Shown here piece by piece: positions 48,720 through 57,744 of a DNA stretch of 64,000 nucleotides (its first letter is position 1; the number at the start of each line of letters is the position of its first letter). Under the pieces are notes generated by a model that searched no databases, had not been told where the DNA came from, and worked only from the letters and a program-made list of their open reading frames with translations. The translations under genes and the position numbers were made by a program. The stretch is taken from IMG/VR virus record IMGVR_UViG_3300037294_000266, positions 186,001-250,000 of that record. One strand, written 5' to 3'.

Positions 48720-49253
48720 ATGACTGAAATAATTACACGTAACCGAATGGCCGTGAATGCCAACTCGTTGATTACCAATCGATGTAAAGCGGGCATTTCC
48801 TGGGGGACGAACAACTACCCAGCGAACTCCGATCCTGCTTGGTTTGCGGGCACTAACGCAGGCCCTGACGCTGCATTTGGCGGCTATCAGTTTTCAGCCG
48901 GAGTTGCTAACGCACAGCAGGCGATCGACGTACTTAAATATGTCTCTAATCTATTTGCCAGTGTCCGAACCACTCGAATTGTAATTTACATGTCTCACTT
49001 CTCGCTGGGGCAGACTGTTGTTTCCGATAACACTGCAGTTGCTTGGATCAATGCGCCTGCGGCTTTCAGTAATAACGTGGGAATGTGGTTTGCATCGGGA
49101 TATGACATGGATCTTAACGCGTTTAATAACTCGTGTGAGGCTATCTACAGTGCATATCTAGCAACGTGCCGTTATCAGACCGCTACGTTCACCCGAACCA
49201 TTTGCCACACTAGCTGTCATAGCAGCTGTCATAGCAGCCGAGGCCGCCGATGA
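48720..49253 (+). CDS. Putative modification-target protein with C-terminal (CHxS)3 repeat
   Basis: Ends ICHTSCHSSCHSSRGRR; Ala/Asn/Gly/aromatic-rich body with few acidic residues; directly after rSAM1. Confidence 0.75.
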   Translation: MTEIITRNRMAVNANSLITNRCKAGISWGTNNYPANSDPAWFAGTNAGPDAAFGGYQFSAGVANAQQAIDVLKYVSNLFASVRTTRIVIYMSHFSLGQTVVSDNTAVAWINAPAAFSNNVGMWFASGYDMDLNAFNNSCEAIYSAYLATCRYQTATFTRTICHTSCHSSCHSSRGRR

Positions 49254-49303
49254 CATGTCATGTAAGTGCCATCAAACGGTCTAGAGAAGCAACTGGAGAA
49301 CCC

Positions 49304-50086
49304 ATGGAACAGACTACTGAAGAAACCAAACCAGGCGGGGCGGTCATCGACGGGCCGGTGATTGTCATTGAAACCACAGCCAATATTCCAATGGACTTAC
49401 TTAAACGTAAGTTCAAAGAGAATATTGAGTTTGTCATCGATGTGGACAACAGTCGTCTTAAAGGCGACATGCTGCTCACCTATCTGTCAAACCTCAAGCT
49501 TAACTGCAAGCTAAAGTTTGGTAGTCTCGAATCGTCTCTCGAACTCCTGTCGTCGTATTTAAAGATGTCTACGGTCATGTCGATTCCAGAATTGGAAGAC
49601 CTGGCCATGAACATCATGCTGGCAGCGTATGGTAAAGATCATTACTGTCAATTCGATCCGACTGAGTTCATTCGTGACAACTCAGACATGATCGACGTGT
49701 GGCTCCGGCGGATGTGTGCACTCCCTTTGTTTGCATTACACTGTCATCCAACGACCAAGGATTTTGTTTCTCAATTCCCAGTCGATGAAGACCATGAGCT
49801 GCACGGTATCAACTACGTGCAACTGATCAAGCACGAACTGTTCCCAGAATTCATCAATGACTTCAATCAAGAAGACATGTCGTACAACAGGTTATTGTTC
49901 AACGAATACTGTTTTGCAGGGCTGAACCTGTTTAACTATTTCGCGATCCCCAATAACCCGTTGTTTGTGGGACTGATGGTACTCGACAAACCAGAACACC
50001 TCGAAGTGCTCATGGCTGCTGCTCATACGACTTACGTGACTGCTGAAACGATCATGAAGGAGCTCGAACATGTACCATCTGTGTAA
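49304..50086 (+). CDS. Hypothetical protein in the rSAM cluster
   Basis: SD GGAGA before MEQTT; an alternative coupled start at 49250 exists. Confidence 0.75.
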   Translation: MEQTTEETKPGGAVIDGPVIVIETTANIPMDLLKRKFKENIEFVIDVDNSRLKGDMLLTYLSNLKLNCKLKFGSLESSLELLSSYLKMSTVMSIPELEDLAMNIMLAAYGKDHYCQFDPTEFIRDNSDMIDVWLRRMCALPLFALHCHPTTKDFVSQFPVDEDHELHGINYVQLIKHELFPEFINDFNQEDMSYNRLLFNEYCFAGLNLFNYFAIPNNPLFVGLMVLDKPEHLEVLMAAAHTTYVTAETIMKELEHVPSV

Positions 50087-51116
50087 ATCGATTTACGTCG
50101 ATAGCGAACACCGCATCGACCGTAATAAAGATGTGATCACAATCTCTCCAAAGATCGGGTTTGAACACATCGCTGAAGAGAAAGGTGTGCAGATCGGTTA
50201 TGCTACAAGTCTGGATGAGTTGTCTCCTGAAGCGTTAGAGGCGATGCTCAACAAAGGTCTTGCTGCCGATGACCGTGTGACCGTCTATTGTGACGGTAAG
50301 ACGTACTTGCGTCTTTACACCATGTTGATAAAGGCTGTATTGCCGAACTTAACACTGGATCTGTTCCGATGGATCATGCTGTGTAAGAAGGCTACTTTCA
50401 ATACGACTATCGTTGCAGGCGGCGAGCCTAACGTGGATGTGTTGGCCAGTATCCAGATCAATAACAAGGTCTGTCACGAGCTCTTCATGGAAGCCAGTAC
50501 TCTGCAACCAGTGATCGATGCACTGGTCAATGAGAACCCAGACTTCCTTTCGCTGGAATGGCGCTTGATTCGTCTGCGTACTGAAGGTCGTGTCGGTAAG
50601 ATCCCAGGTGTACTCAACAACATCCTGCGTCGCATTGCTCTGAGCAATGCTCATGATGCCATGGACGTCTGGGGTCGTCATCTGACCCGCGAGAAGAACT
50701 GGGACATCGCTGGCGCTGATCTCGATACGCTTCTGAACGCACCCACTGTGTTCGAAGGGTGTTTGAACATGCCGCACTTGGCGAGTCAACAACTCCTGCG
50801 TCCTGGTCTGTATGATTTCTCACCGACCAAGCCCTGGATCATCGGCATGCTGCGTGAGGCCGTAGGTCTGATGGAAGTCCTTGAGGACGAGTCATCTGCT
50901 AAACGCGCTGCTCACATTCTTGAGCTGTTTAGTTCACCTGTCAATTTACGTGAGTCTGATGCATGCTTGCAGCGTGTTGTTGATATGTTTGCAGGTGAGA
51001 TGCGCATTGCACTGGCTTTCAAGGATACTGGCAAATACGACGAGAACTTGATTCGGTTCATTCTCGAATCAGATATCGAAGTGCTCAAAACTTCTCTTGA
51101 AGGGGCTGAATGGTAA
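50070..51116 (+). CDS. Hypothetical protein in the rSAM cluster (348 aa)
   Basis: SD AAGGAG; overlaps both neighbours. Confidence 0.8.
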   Translation: MYHLCKSIYVDSEHRIDRNKDVITISPKIGFEHIAEEKGVQIGYATSLDELSPEALEAMLNKGLAADDRVTVYCDGKTYLRLYTMLIKAVLPNLTLDLFRWIMLCKKATFNTTIVAGGEPNVDVLASIQINNKVCHELFMEASTLQPVIDALVNENPDFLSLEWRLIRLRTEGRVGKIPGVLNNILRRIALSNAHDAMDVWGRHLTREKNWDIAGADLDTLLNAPTVFEGCLNMPHLASQQLLRPGLYDFSPTKPWIIGMLREAVGLMEVLEDESSAKRAAHILELFSSPVNLRESDACLQRVVDMFAGEMRIALAFKDTGKYDENLIRFILESDIEVLKTSLEGAEW

Positions 51117-52108
51117 TGGACTTAATTCCCGTATTGAACATACTCGAGCAAAAGAAAGGTAAGTTGAAAGAAGCTCACCTCATTCTGTTCGAGTACTGTA
51201 ATTTACGGTGTTCGTTCTGCCACCAGGACCACGAATCCAGAATCGGCATCAATACGATCCAGCAGAAAGTAGACACACTCATTGCCAACTCAAACCCACG
51301 TGATGCCTACGTGTTGAATTTGACTGGCGGTGAGTTATTTCTTGATGAGTTCAGCGATGGGCTCTTTGAGGAATACTACGAAGCCGGTAAACGTCTCTTA
51401 GAACACTTCGACGATGCGTTGCTGGTGCTGGGTACCAATCTGATCTATCACAATGTAGCGCGGGTCATCAAGCTGGTCAATCGCTTAAAGCGATATGGTC
51501 GTGTGCAACTTGCCACGTCTTACGATCCAGCAGGACGATTCAACGCAGAACAACGGACACTGTTCTTCAAGAACCTTATCCATGTTCGTGACCTTGTACG
51601 CACGGTCAATGTGGTTATCACCAAGCAGAACATCCAGTCGTTTCTGGATGGACATGAAGGTGCCGAGTTCAAGTGGATGTGCGAACACTTTGACGTGTAC
51701 TTCGATCATTACATCCCAAGTCAGATGTACGAGTATATCCAGCCGGATGAAGACCTAATCAGTCAGCTCTACATGCACCTGAACAAACACTACCCAGACT
51801 CGTATCCGATCAAGGACTGGAAGAACAATGTGGAGAATACCACCACTTGTCGATCCACTAAGATCATCAATAAGGATAATGTCGTGACCACCTGTTGGTC
51901 AGAAGCTGGGAAAGACTCTATCTTGGACGAGCAAGAAGGTTTGCTAGCCAAGGATGAGGCCGAGTTGCGGTTCCTTGAGAAATACGACTGCTTTGCCTGT
52001 GAGTTCTACTCGCGATGCGGGATGCGATGTTTCTTGCATCATTCGTTTGTGGATGATGGACTTGACAATGTCTGTCAGATAAAAACGATGTTCAGAGCCA
52101 TCCTGTAA
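51116..52108 (+). CDS. Radical SAM protein 2 with C-terminal Cys cluster
   Basis: CNLRCSFC, LTGGE, CFACEFYSRCGMRC; TAATG coupling. Confidence 0.92.
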   Translation: MDLIPVLNILEQKKGKLKEAHLILFEYCNLRCSFCHQDHESRIGINTIQQKVDTLIANSNPRDAYVLNLTGGELFLDEFSDGLFEEYYEAGKRLLEHFDDALLVLGTNLIYHNVARVIKLVNRLKRYGRVQLATSYDPAGRFNAEQRTLFFKNLIHVRDLVRTVNVVITKQNIQSFLDGHEGAEFKWMCEHFDVYFDHYIPSQMYEYIQPDEDLISQLYMHLNKHYPDSYPIKDWKNNVENTTTCRSTKIINKDNVVTTCWSEAGKDSILDEQEGLLAKDEAELRFLEKYDCFACEFYSRCGMRCFLHHSFVDDGLDNVCQIKTMFRAIL

Positions 52109-52110
52109 TA

Positions 52111-52148
52111 CGTCATAGAGACCGGGCTGATGCCCGGTCTCTATGTTG
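52111..52148. terminator. Bidirectional hairpin-TATG terminator
   Basis: CATAGAGACCGGGC-TGAT-GCCCGGTCTCTATG. Confidence 0.75.
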
Positions 52149-52153
52149 AGTCG

Positions 52154-53212
52154 CTAGGTCACTGCAGCGCACAGATCTTTTACACCCGATGGTGTCAGGT
52201 AACGTTCGGTTCCGAAGAGGTCATTGATGATGTTAGAGATGAACTGTTTGTGTAGGTTAGCGACTGTATTTGCTGGAACGCCTTTTATGCCGAATTGATT
52301 ACAGTATTCGAACACCCCCCATTTCTTATCTTTGGTTACGAATAGATCCAAAGAACTGAGAGGACCTATCACGTCCCGCGCCAATGCGCTTAAATCGTGA
52401 ATTTGTTTAGAGGACAGCACCGACTCGATGGAAACAATGTCTTCACCAAGGATACTGTTTGTGTTCGATCCTGATGCTTGGGGAAACCCATCGGCATTGT
52501 AGACATTACGTTTCTGGACGTAAGCGATCTCGCTCTGCGCGCCAGTGATTATACGGTACTCAGATTCAATATTGTCAACAAACGATTGAATCGAATAACC
52601 TTGGGTTTTTAGACCAGACAGGCCTTCATCGACGTGATGTTCGCCGCGTGTAGAATAAGCCATATCCGGATCGTACTTATTCAGCTCTTCAAACAGTTCT
52701 TTGCTGGTAGACATGCCCTTGATGTACTTATCAAGAGCTTCAATCATTACAGCAAATGGAATCTTATCAGTATCGACAAGAAACTGTCCTATTCCACGAG
52801 CTCCGTCGTTAGGCTTGATGACTACCTTACCACTCGGGTTGACAAGACTACTGAGTCCCAGTGCTTGGGAGTGCACCCATGATTTAATTTTGACGAAGTC
52901 GTCATCGTTAAACTGTAACCGCCCAGCAGTGCGCTTGACATAGTTGTTGATCCGCATTGCCTGTTCGGTTTTACTATACCGGCGATTTACGAACACCATA
53001 TGTGGTGGCAGTATGCGCTCAGCAGCGATCTCATTGATCTTTAAAGTGCCGTCACTGATCATGAAATCAAAGTTGAAATGCTCCTCTCCATCAATGACGC
53101 TAAGTTGAGGGTCGTTGTGGAAGAATATTTGTTTATTGTTAATGACAATGCCTTGATGCAGCACCCAGAAATTGTTCATGAACTTACTAACAACGATATA
53201 TACACGTTCCAT
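52154..53212 (-). CDS. ATP-grasp ligase (RimK-like)
   Basis: VVIKPNDGARGIG, IQSFV..EYRII, SLDLF...VFEYCNQFG; start MERVY (SD AGGAG). Confidence 0.8.
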   Translation of the reverse strand: MERVYIVVSKFMNNFWVLHQGIVINNKQIFFHNDPQLSVIDGEEHFNFDFMISDGTLKINEIAAERILPPHMVFVNRRYSKTEQAMRINNYVKRTAGRLQFNDDDFVKIKSWVHSQALGLSSLVNPSGKVVIKPNDGARGIGQFLVDTDKIPFAVMIEALDKYIKGMSTSKELFEELNKYDPDMAYSTRGEHHVDEGLSGLKTQGYSIQSFVDNIESEYRIITGAQSEIAYVQKRNVYNADGFPQASGSNTNSILGEDIVSIESVLSSKQIHDLSALARDVIGPLSSLDLFVTKDKKWGVFEYCNQFGIKGVPANTVANLHKQFISNIINDLFGTERYLTPSGVKDLCAAVT

Positions 53213-53303
53213 CGGAGACTCCTGATGTTTAGACCATATAAGACCACAGGTAAGTAAAACATAACGATACAATCCCTATGTAATCTTTAATGCTGAGGTC
53301 GAC

Positions 53304-53552
53304 ATGGCAGTCTTTAAAGTAGGGCAAACTGTTTGGGCTGGTAAAATACTCTCCACAGATGCATGCGGTGACCATCCTGCATTTCTACATGCACGAAAGG
53401 GCGACGAGTTAATTGTAATAGCTCACGACGATGATCGCGTTTATCCCTACAGCGTAGCGGATAATCCAGAAGGTAAAGAATCTTTCCGTGCTGCGGCATC
53501 TGATCTGATGGGTCAGAAACCATTCAAGCATAACATCGAACAAGGCTGGTGA
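53304..53552 (+). CDS. Small hypothetical protein (82 aa), possible SH3-like barrel
   Basis: FKVGQTV start and beta-strand pattern; SD GAGGT. Confidence 0.7.
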   Translation: MAVFKVGQTVWAGKILSTDACGDHPAFLHARKGDELIVIAHDDDRVYPYSVADNPEGKESFRAAASDLMGQKPFKHNIEQGW

Positions 53553-53556
53553 GTCC

Positions 53557-53724
53557 ATGACAACTATCTTCGACACGCAAGACAAACCTTTCAAGCCACT
53601 TGAGAAAGATGACGAGTGGCTGTACCAGAAGATGAAGGAGCAGCAAGCGTCTGGTGATGTACGTCGAGATTTCCACAATGAATGGCTTGCACAGCCACCT
53701 GTTATCGAAACATCTGAGGACTGA
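53557..53724 (+). CDS. Small acidic protein (55 aa; not in ORF track)
   Basis: MTTIFDTQDKPFKPLEKDDEWLYQKMKEQQASGDVRRDFHNEWLAQPPVIETSED fills the gap before rSAM3. Confidence 0.6.
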   Translation: MTTIFDTQDKPFKPLEKDDEWLYQKMKEQQASGDVRRDFHNEWLAQPPVIETSED

Positions 53725-53727
53725 TCT

Positions 53728-54816
53728 GTGGATGTTATAGTTAAACCGACCGTTGCTTGTAATTTTAAGTGTACATTCTGTTCGAGTACTCATTTATCAG
53801 AAAACCCAACAGATATCGTAGAGCTCTCTACGCTTAAGCAGTTTATCCAGCGCTTCCCAGAAACCAATACCGTGATCGTCAATGGTGGAGACCCGCTCAT
53901 GATGCCTCCTGAGTATTACTGGGAGATGATTAAGATGCTGGATGAACTTGATAGTCATGCGAGCATCAGTTTCACCAGTAACCTCTGGCCTTTCTACAAG
54001 AAGCCTGAGATATGGGAAGAGTTATTCAAACATGATCGCCTAGGTATCACGACTTCTTTCCAATACGGTGACAAGCGCCTCAAAGGCGACAAGTCAGTCT
54101 TCACAGAAGAAGACTTCAGGAATGTCAGTGACATGTTCCTTGAACGCATTGGTTACCGTCCTAGCTTCATTGCCGTCATTGACAAGGACAACGAGCACAC
54201 TGTCTTGGACACGGTTCGTCTGGCTAAGGAAATGGGTGTTGAAGCCAAGATCAACCACGTTGTTGCTTCAGGACCCGAAGTGGATAATCGTGGCATCATC
54301 ATGGGCAGTCAGAATAACTTCTTCACTCAGGCGGATATCTACCGTCATTATGTCCAGATCTACGATGCCGGTCTGATGGAGTGGGAATACAACACCAAAC
54401 AGATGGCTAAGAAGCTTAAGGGATTGGCCACTACCTGTCCGTTAGCACGGAACTGCGACAGTGGTATTCGAGCATTGCAGCCTGGCGGTGGTTATTATTC
54501 ATGTGGGTCGTTTGGTGATGATGGCGAACATCCCATTGACTTCGAAGCAGAGATGGCCGGCGAGTTCTTCACCCCACTGCAATACGAAGCCGACTTAGAC
54601 TCGATGAAAGAGTCGTGCTACACATGCCCTATGTTCAGTATTTGTAATGGCTGTCGTAAAACCATTGCAGACACCAAGCGAATGGGACTTGTAGAACATC
54701 ATTGCAAAACCATGAAAGAGATTGCTCCACGGATCATCGATATCAACGGACTGACCGGTAAGGTATTTCCAACGCCATACGTTGACGAATCAGTGCAGCT
54801 CATTGCTAAGGCATAA
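53728..54816 (+). CDS. Radical SAM/SPASM protein 3
   Basis: KPTVACNFKCTFC, NGGDP, CPLARNC..SC..CYTCPMFSICNGC. Confidence 0.93.
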   Translation: MDVIVKPTVACNFKCTFCSSTHLSENPTDIVELSTLKQFIQRFPETNTVIVNGGDPLMMPPEYYWEMIKMLDELDSHASISFTSNLWPFYKKPEIWEELFKHDRLGITTSFQYGDKRLKGDKSVFTEEDFRNVSDMFLERIGYRPSFIAVIDKDNEHTVLDTVRLAKEMGVEAKINHVVASGPEVDNRGIIMGSQNNFFTQADIYRHYVQIYDAGLMEWEYNTKQMAKKLKGLATTCPLARNCDSGIRALQPGGGYYSCGSFGDDGEHPIDFEAEMAGEFFTPLQYEADLDSMKESCYTCPMFSICNGCRKTIADTKRMGLVEHHCKTMKEIAPRIIDINGLTGKVFPTPYVDESVQLIAKA

Positions 54817-54819
54817 TTC

Positions 54820-55746
54820 ATGACAAAGCCTAAAATAAATATCAGTATCAACCCGTGGTATTTCTGTAATTTTAAATGTGACTTCTGCTACTTGACTCCT
54901 GAGCAATTAGGGGATCGAAAGCGTCTTGACCTCGAGACACTCGAACAACGGCTCGATGAACTCCTGCAACATTACGTTATCGGACACATCGATCTATATG
55001 GTGGTGAAGTATTACTACTGCCTGAAGAATACATCAATGCTATCCGTGACATGTTACACGTCCGAGGTATTGATGACTTGGTTCTGGTTACTAACCTGTC
55101 TCATCTCCACCCAGTCGTTCACGAGAAGGATTGGGAAATATCGGTCTCGTATGACTTTGATGCTCGTGAGAAACATGAACATGTGTTACAGAACATGCTT
55201 CTCATGACACAACCTTTCAGTATCTTGTCTCTGGCAGGGCGCCAGTTTCTCGATAAGGTTACTCCAGACATCTACGTCGACACGATGAATATGTTTGGTA
55301 ATCTGAAAGGTTGTGAGATCAAACCTTACAGTAGTAACCAAGCCAACGACCAGCCTGTGACGTACCGAGAATACGAAGAGTTTGTCTGGGCAGTGATTGA
55401 TCATCCGGCTCGTAACTTCTACTTTGAGAACGCCACTCAGGTTGAAGAAGCATTTGAAGGCACTCGTAATTCATTCAGCGATGACCACATCTACATCACA
55501 CCTGAAGGTAAGTTTGCAGTACTGGAGTTCGATGACAATGATCATGAATTCTTTATGCCACTGGAATCGATTGCAGAGTACCAACAGTGGTGTGTAATCG
55601 AGAAGAGCCGTGTTAATGTCAATCCGATCTGTTCGGCATGTCCTTACAACGGATCTTGTCTCTCTGAACACCTTCGTAATGTAACGTCCCTCGATAATTC
55701 CTGTAATGGGTTCCGAGGACTCATTGATAAATGGGGTGCATCGTGA
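54820..55746 (+). CDS. Radical SAM protein 4
   Basis: CNFKCDFCY, LYGGEV, CSACPYNGSCLSEH..SC. Confidence 0.92.
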   Translation: MTKPKINISINPWYFCNFKCDFCYLTPEQLGDRKRLDLETLEQRLDELLQHYVIGHIDLYGGEVLLLPEEYINAIRDMLHVRGIDDLVLVTNLSHLHPVVHEKDWEISVSYDFDAREKHEHVLQNMLLMTQPFSILSLAGRQFLDKVTPDIYVDTMNMFGNLKGCEIKPYSSNQANDQPVTYREYEEFVWAVIDHPARNFYFENATQVEEAFEGTRNSFSDDHIYITPEGKFAVLEFDDNDHEFFMPLESIAEYQQWCVIEKSRVNVNPICSACPYNGSCLSEHLRNVTSLDNSCNGFRGLIDKWGAS

Positions 55747-56795
55747 AAGCTCAACATCTTGAAGTAGAACACAGGCAGCGCCTGGAGATCACTCTCGACA
55801 TCTTTCGAGGGTGTGGTCATAGCTGCTCAGGCTGCATGATCAATACGTCGCTGGGTGGGGATGTCAACGACATTCCTGAACTCCATGCACTGATCAGTGA
55901 AATGGTTGACGTTGGGTATGTGGCGTTTGATCTCGGTGTAGGTCCTACTGATTACATGTCTGCAGACAACACCGCCGAGGTCATGGACCATCCGGTCTTT
56001 CAAGAGATGGCGCAGAAATTCCATCAGGTTACGTTCAACGCAGCGTTCCTTGAGAAAGACATGGAGAAGTATAGGTCGATGTGCGAAGACATTGACCTGG
56101 CACTCCCTGGTAAATCTATACGCTTCTTAATTCCGGCAGCGCCTCCATTTTTCAAGACACACAAGTTTGGCGACATGATTGAATCCAAACTTGAGTTCGT
56201 GAAGGATAATCTACATAGCGCTTACCTGAATGAAGCTGGCTTTGTGGTTAACTGCACGGCAGACACTGTGGGTGATGACTTTGAGGCCATGATGAATAAT
56301 GGCTTTGATATTGAATTCCCTGTTGATAAGGATGATATCTTGAATATCCCTTACGGTCGAGCGCCTGTAAAGGATCTGATGACGGCACAGCACATCAAGC
56401 GGATGTCTCATCGCATCACTCAGTTCTATTCAACACTGAATGGTACAGATGAGCGTCGTCGCAATCCTGATCTCTGCTACCACACCGGTACCATGGTCAA
56501 TCTCCTGTACACCGGCGGTAAGCTTTACTGGGTGCCTTTCCTTAAAGACGACTGCGCGTTCCTTGAAGATGCTTTCTCTGTGTCGAAGCCCTGGTCTATG
56601 GATAATCTCCTAAAGACTCGTCAGGCGGCTCTAGAGAGCGCTCTAGACTACCTTAAGGACACGCCGTGCATGACCTGTCCTTATCTGAGCAGTTGTTCAG
56701 AGAAAGGTATCATTAACATCATGGAACACATGCAGATCCGTGATTGTCTAGTTGGGTTAGAACATGTTAAATCAACCGCAGAGTCCAGCGTTTAA
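55743..56795 (+). CDS. Atypical radical SAM-like protein 5
   Basis: CGHSCSGC; GGE replaced by VGPTD; C-terminal CMTCPYLSSC..C; GTGA coupling. Confidence 0.8.
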   Translation: MKAQHLEVEHRQRLEITLDIFRGCGHSCSGCMINTSLGGDVNDIPELHALISEMVDVGYVAFDLGVGPTDYMSADNTAEVMDHPVFQEMAQKFHQVTFNAAFLEKDMEKYRSMCEDIDLALPGKSIRFLIPAAPPFFKTHKFGDMIESKLEFVKDNLHSAYLNEAGFVVNCTADTVGDDFEAMMNNGFDIEFPVDKDDILNIPYGRAPVKDLMTAQHIKRMSHRITQFYSTLNGTDERRRNPDLCYHTGTMVNLLYTGGKLYWVPFLKDDCAFLEDAFSVSKPWSMDNLLKTRQAALESALDYLKDTPCMTCPYLSSCSEKGIINIMEHMQIRDCLVGLEHVKSTAESSV

Positions 56796-57744
56796 TCTGA
56801 CCCTTGAGATTCTACAGGGGTGTAAGTACAACTGCGTAGGCTGTATGGTCGATAAAGACTACGAGCCTCTTATTCCATTTGACCAGGACACGGATAAGAT
56901 CCTTGAAATGGTCGATGCGATGAAAGCTGAAGGGTATCGGACTCGAGAGTTTACAATCGGGCCAGTGGATGTCATCAGCTCGAAGACAGGGGATTCGATA
57001 TTCGATCATCGCTTGATTAAGGGGCTGGCTGAGCGGTTTGAATCTGTCGTCATTCCGTTAGCACTGATGAAAGGGAAGTCGTTTACACTGGCCACTCCTT
57101 TCCAGCTAAAGAGTACTGACAACCCTAAACACGTCGATCTAATAAAGCGTCGTGTGATGTTCATCCAAGCGTCATTGCCTGACGTTAAATTTGAGCTACT
57201 GTACATTACCGTTAACATGATTGGCGATGCAGTAGATGCATTTGATGTTGCATTAAACCGAAGACTCCATGATATTGATTTTGGTGTCAGACGACTCATT
57301 GAGTTTGTATTCCCTCACCCTAGAAAGGGGTTGGATAATTTACTCATGCAGAACTTGTTTAAGCGCAACTTCGGACATTTCTGTGACGTCATTAAACAGT
57401 GTAAGAACACTGATCTAAATCGTCATCTCATTAAACCAGCTGATGATAGCTACGAAACAACCTATCGTGATGGCAGACTGTATTACACACCGACACTGAT
57501 CGAGAAGTTTCCTATATTCGATCCGATGTTTGAAATAACGTCTCCATGGACTCTCGAGAAGATAGAGCTGTTCAAGATGGATCTCTATCTAGACAGTCTG
57601 GTTAAATATTCAGTGAGCGGACCGTGCAGTAAGTGTTGTAATTTAAGTAAGTGTGCTGAGGGCGATGTTCACTCCATCATGACTCATTTGAATGACTCGA
57701 CTTGTCTGGTATCTCTTTATAACGACTGGAGTGTGATAACGTGA
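56764..57744 (+). CDS. Atypical radical SAM-like protein 6 (paralogue of 5)
   Basis: CKYNCVGC; IGPVD; C-terminal CSKCCNLSKC..C. Confidence 0.8.
   Translation: MLNQPQSPAFNLTLEILQGCKYNCVGCMVDKDYEPLIPFDQDTDKILEMVDAMKAEGYRTREFTIGPVDVISSKTGDSIFDHRLIKGLAERFESVVIPLALMKGKSFTLATPFQLKSTDNPKHVDLIKRRVMFIQASLPDVKFELLYITVNMIGDAVDAFDVALNRRLHDIDFGVRRLIEFVFPHPRKGLDNLLMQNLFKRNFGHFCDVIKQCKNTDLNRHLIKPADDSYETTYRDGRLYYTPTLIEKFPIFDPMFEITSPWTLEKIELFKMDLYLDSLVKYSVSGPCSKCCNLSKCAEGDVHSIMTHLNDSTCLVSLYNDWSVIT

Noticed and set aside
49203-49238. CH motifs as c-type heme sites
   Set aside because: The spacing is CxxxCH, not CxxCH, and there is no export signal or cytochrome maturation context.
47675-57744. rSAM genes as QueE (7-deazaguanine), NrdG or MoaA/PqqE cofactor pathway
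   Set aside because: No folE/queC/queD/dpdA, nrdD or moa/pqq partners occur in the window; C-terminal Cys clusters and the adjacent repeat protein fit protein modification better. DNA modification is disfavoured, not excluded.
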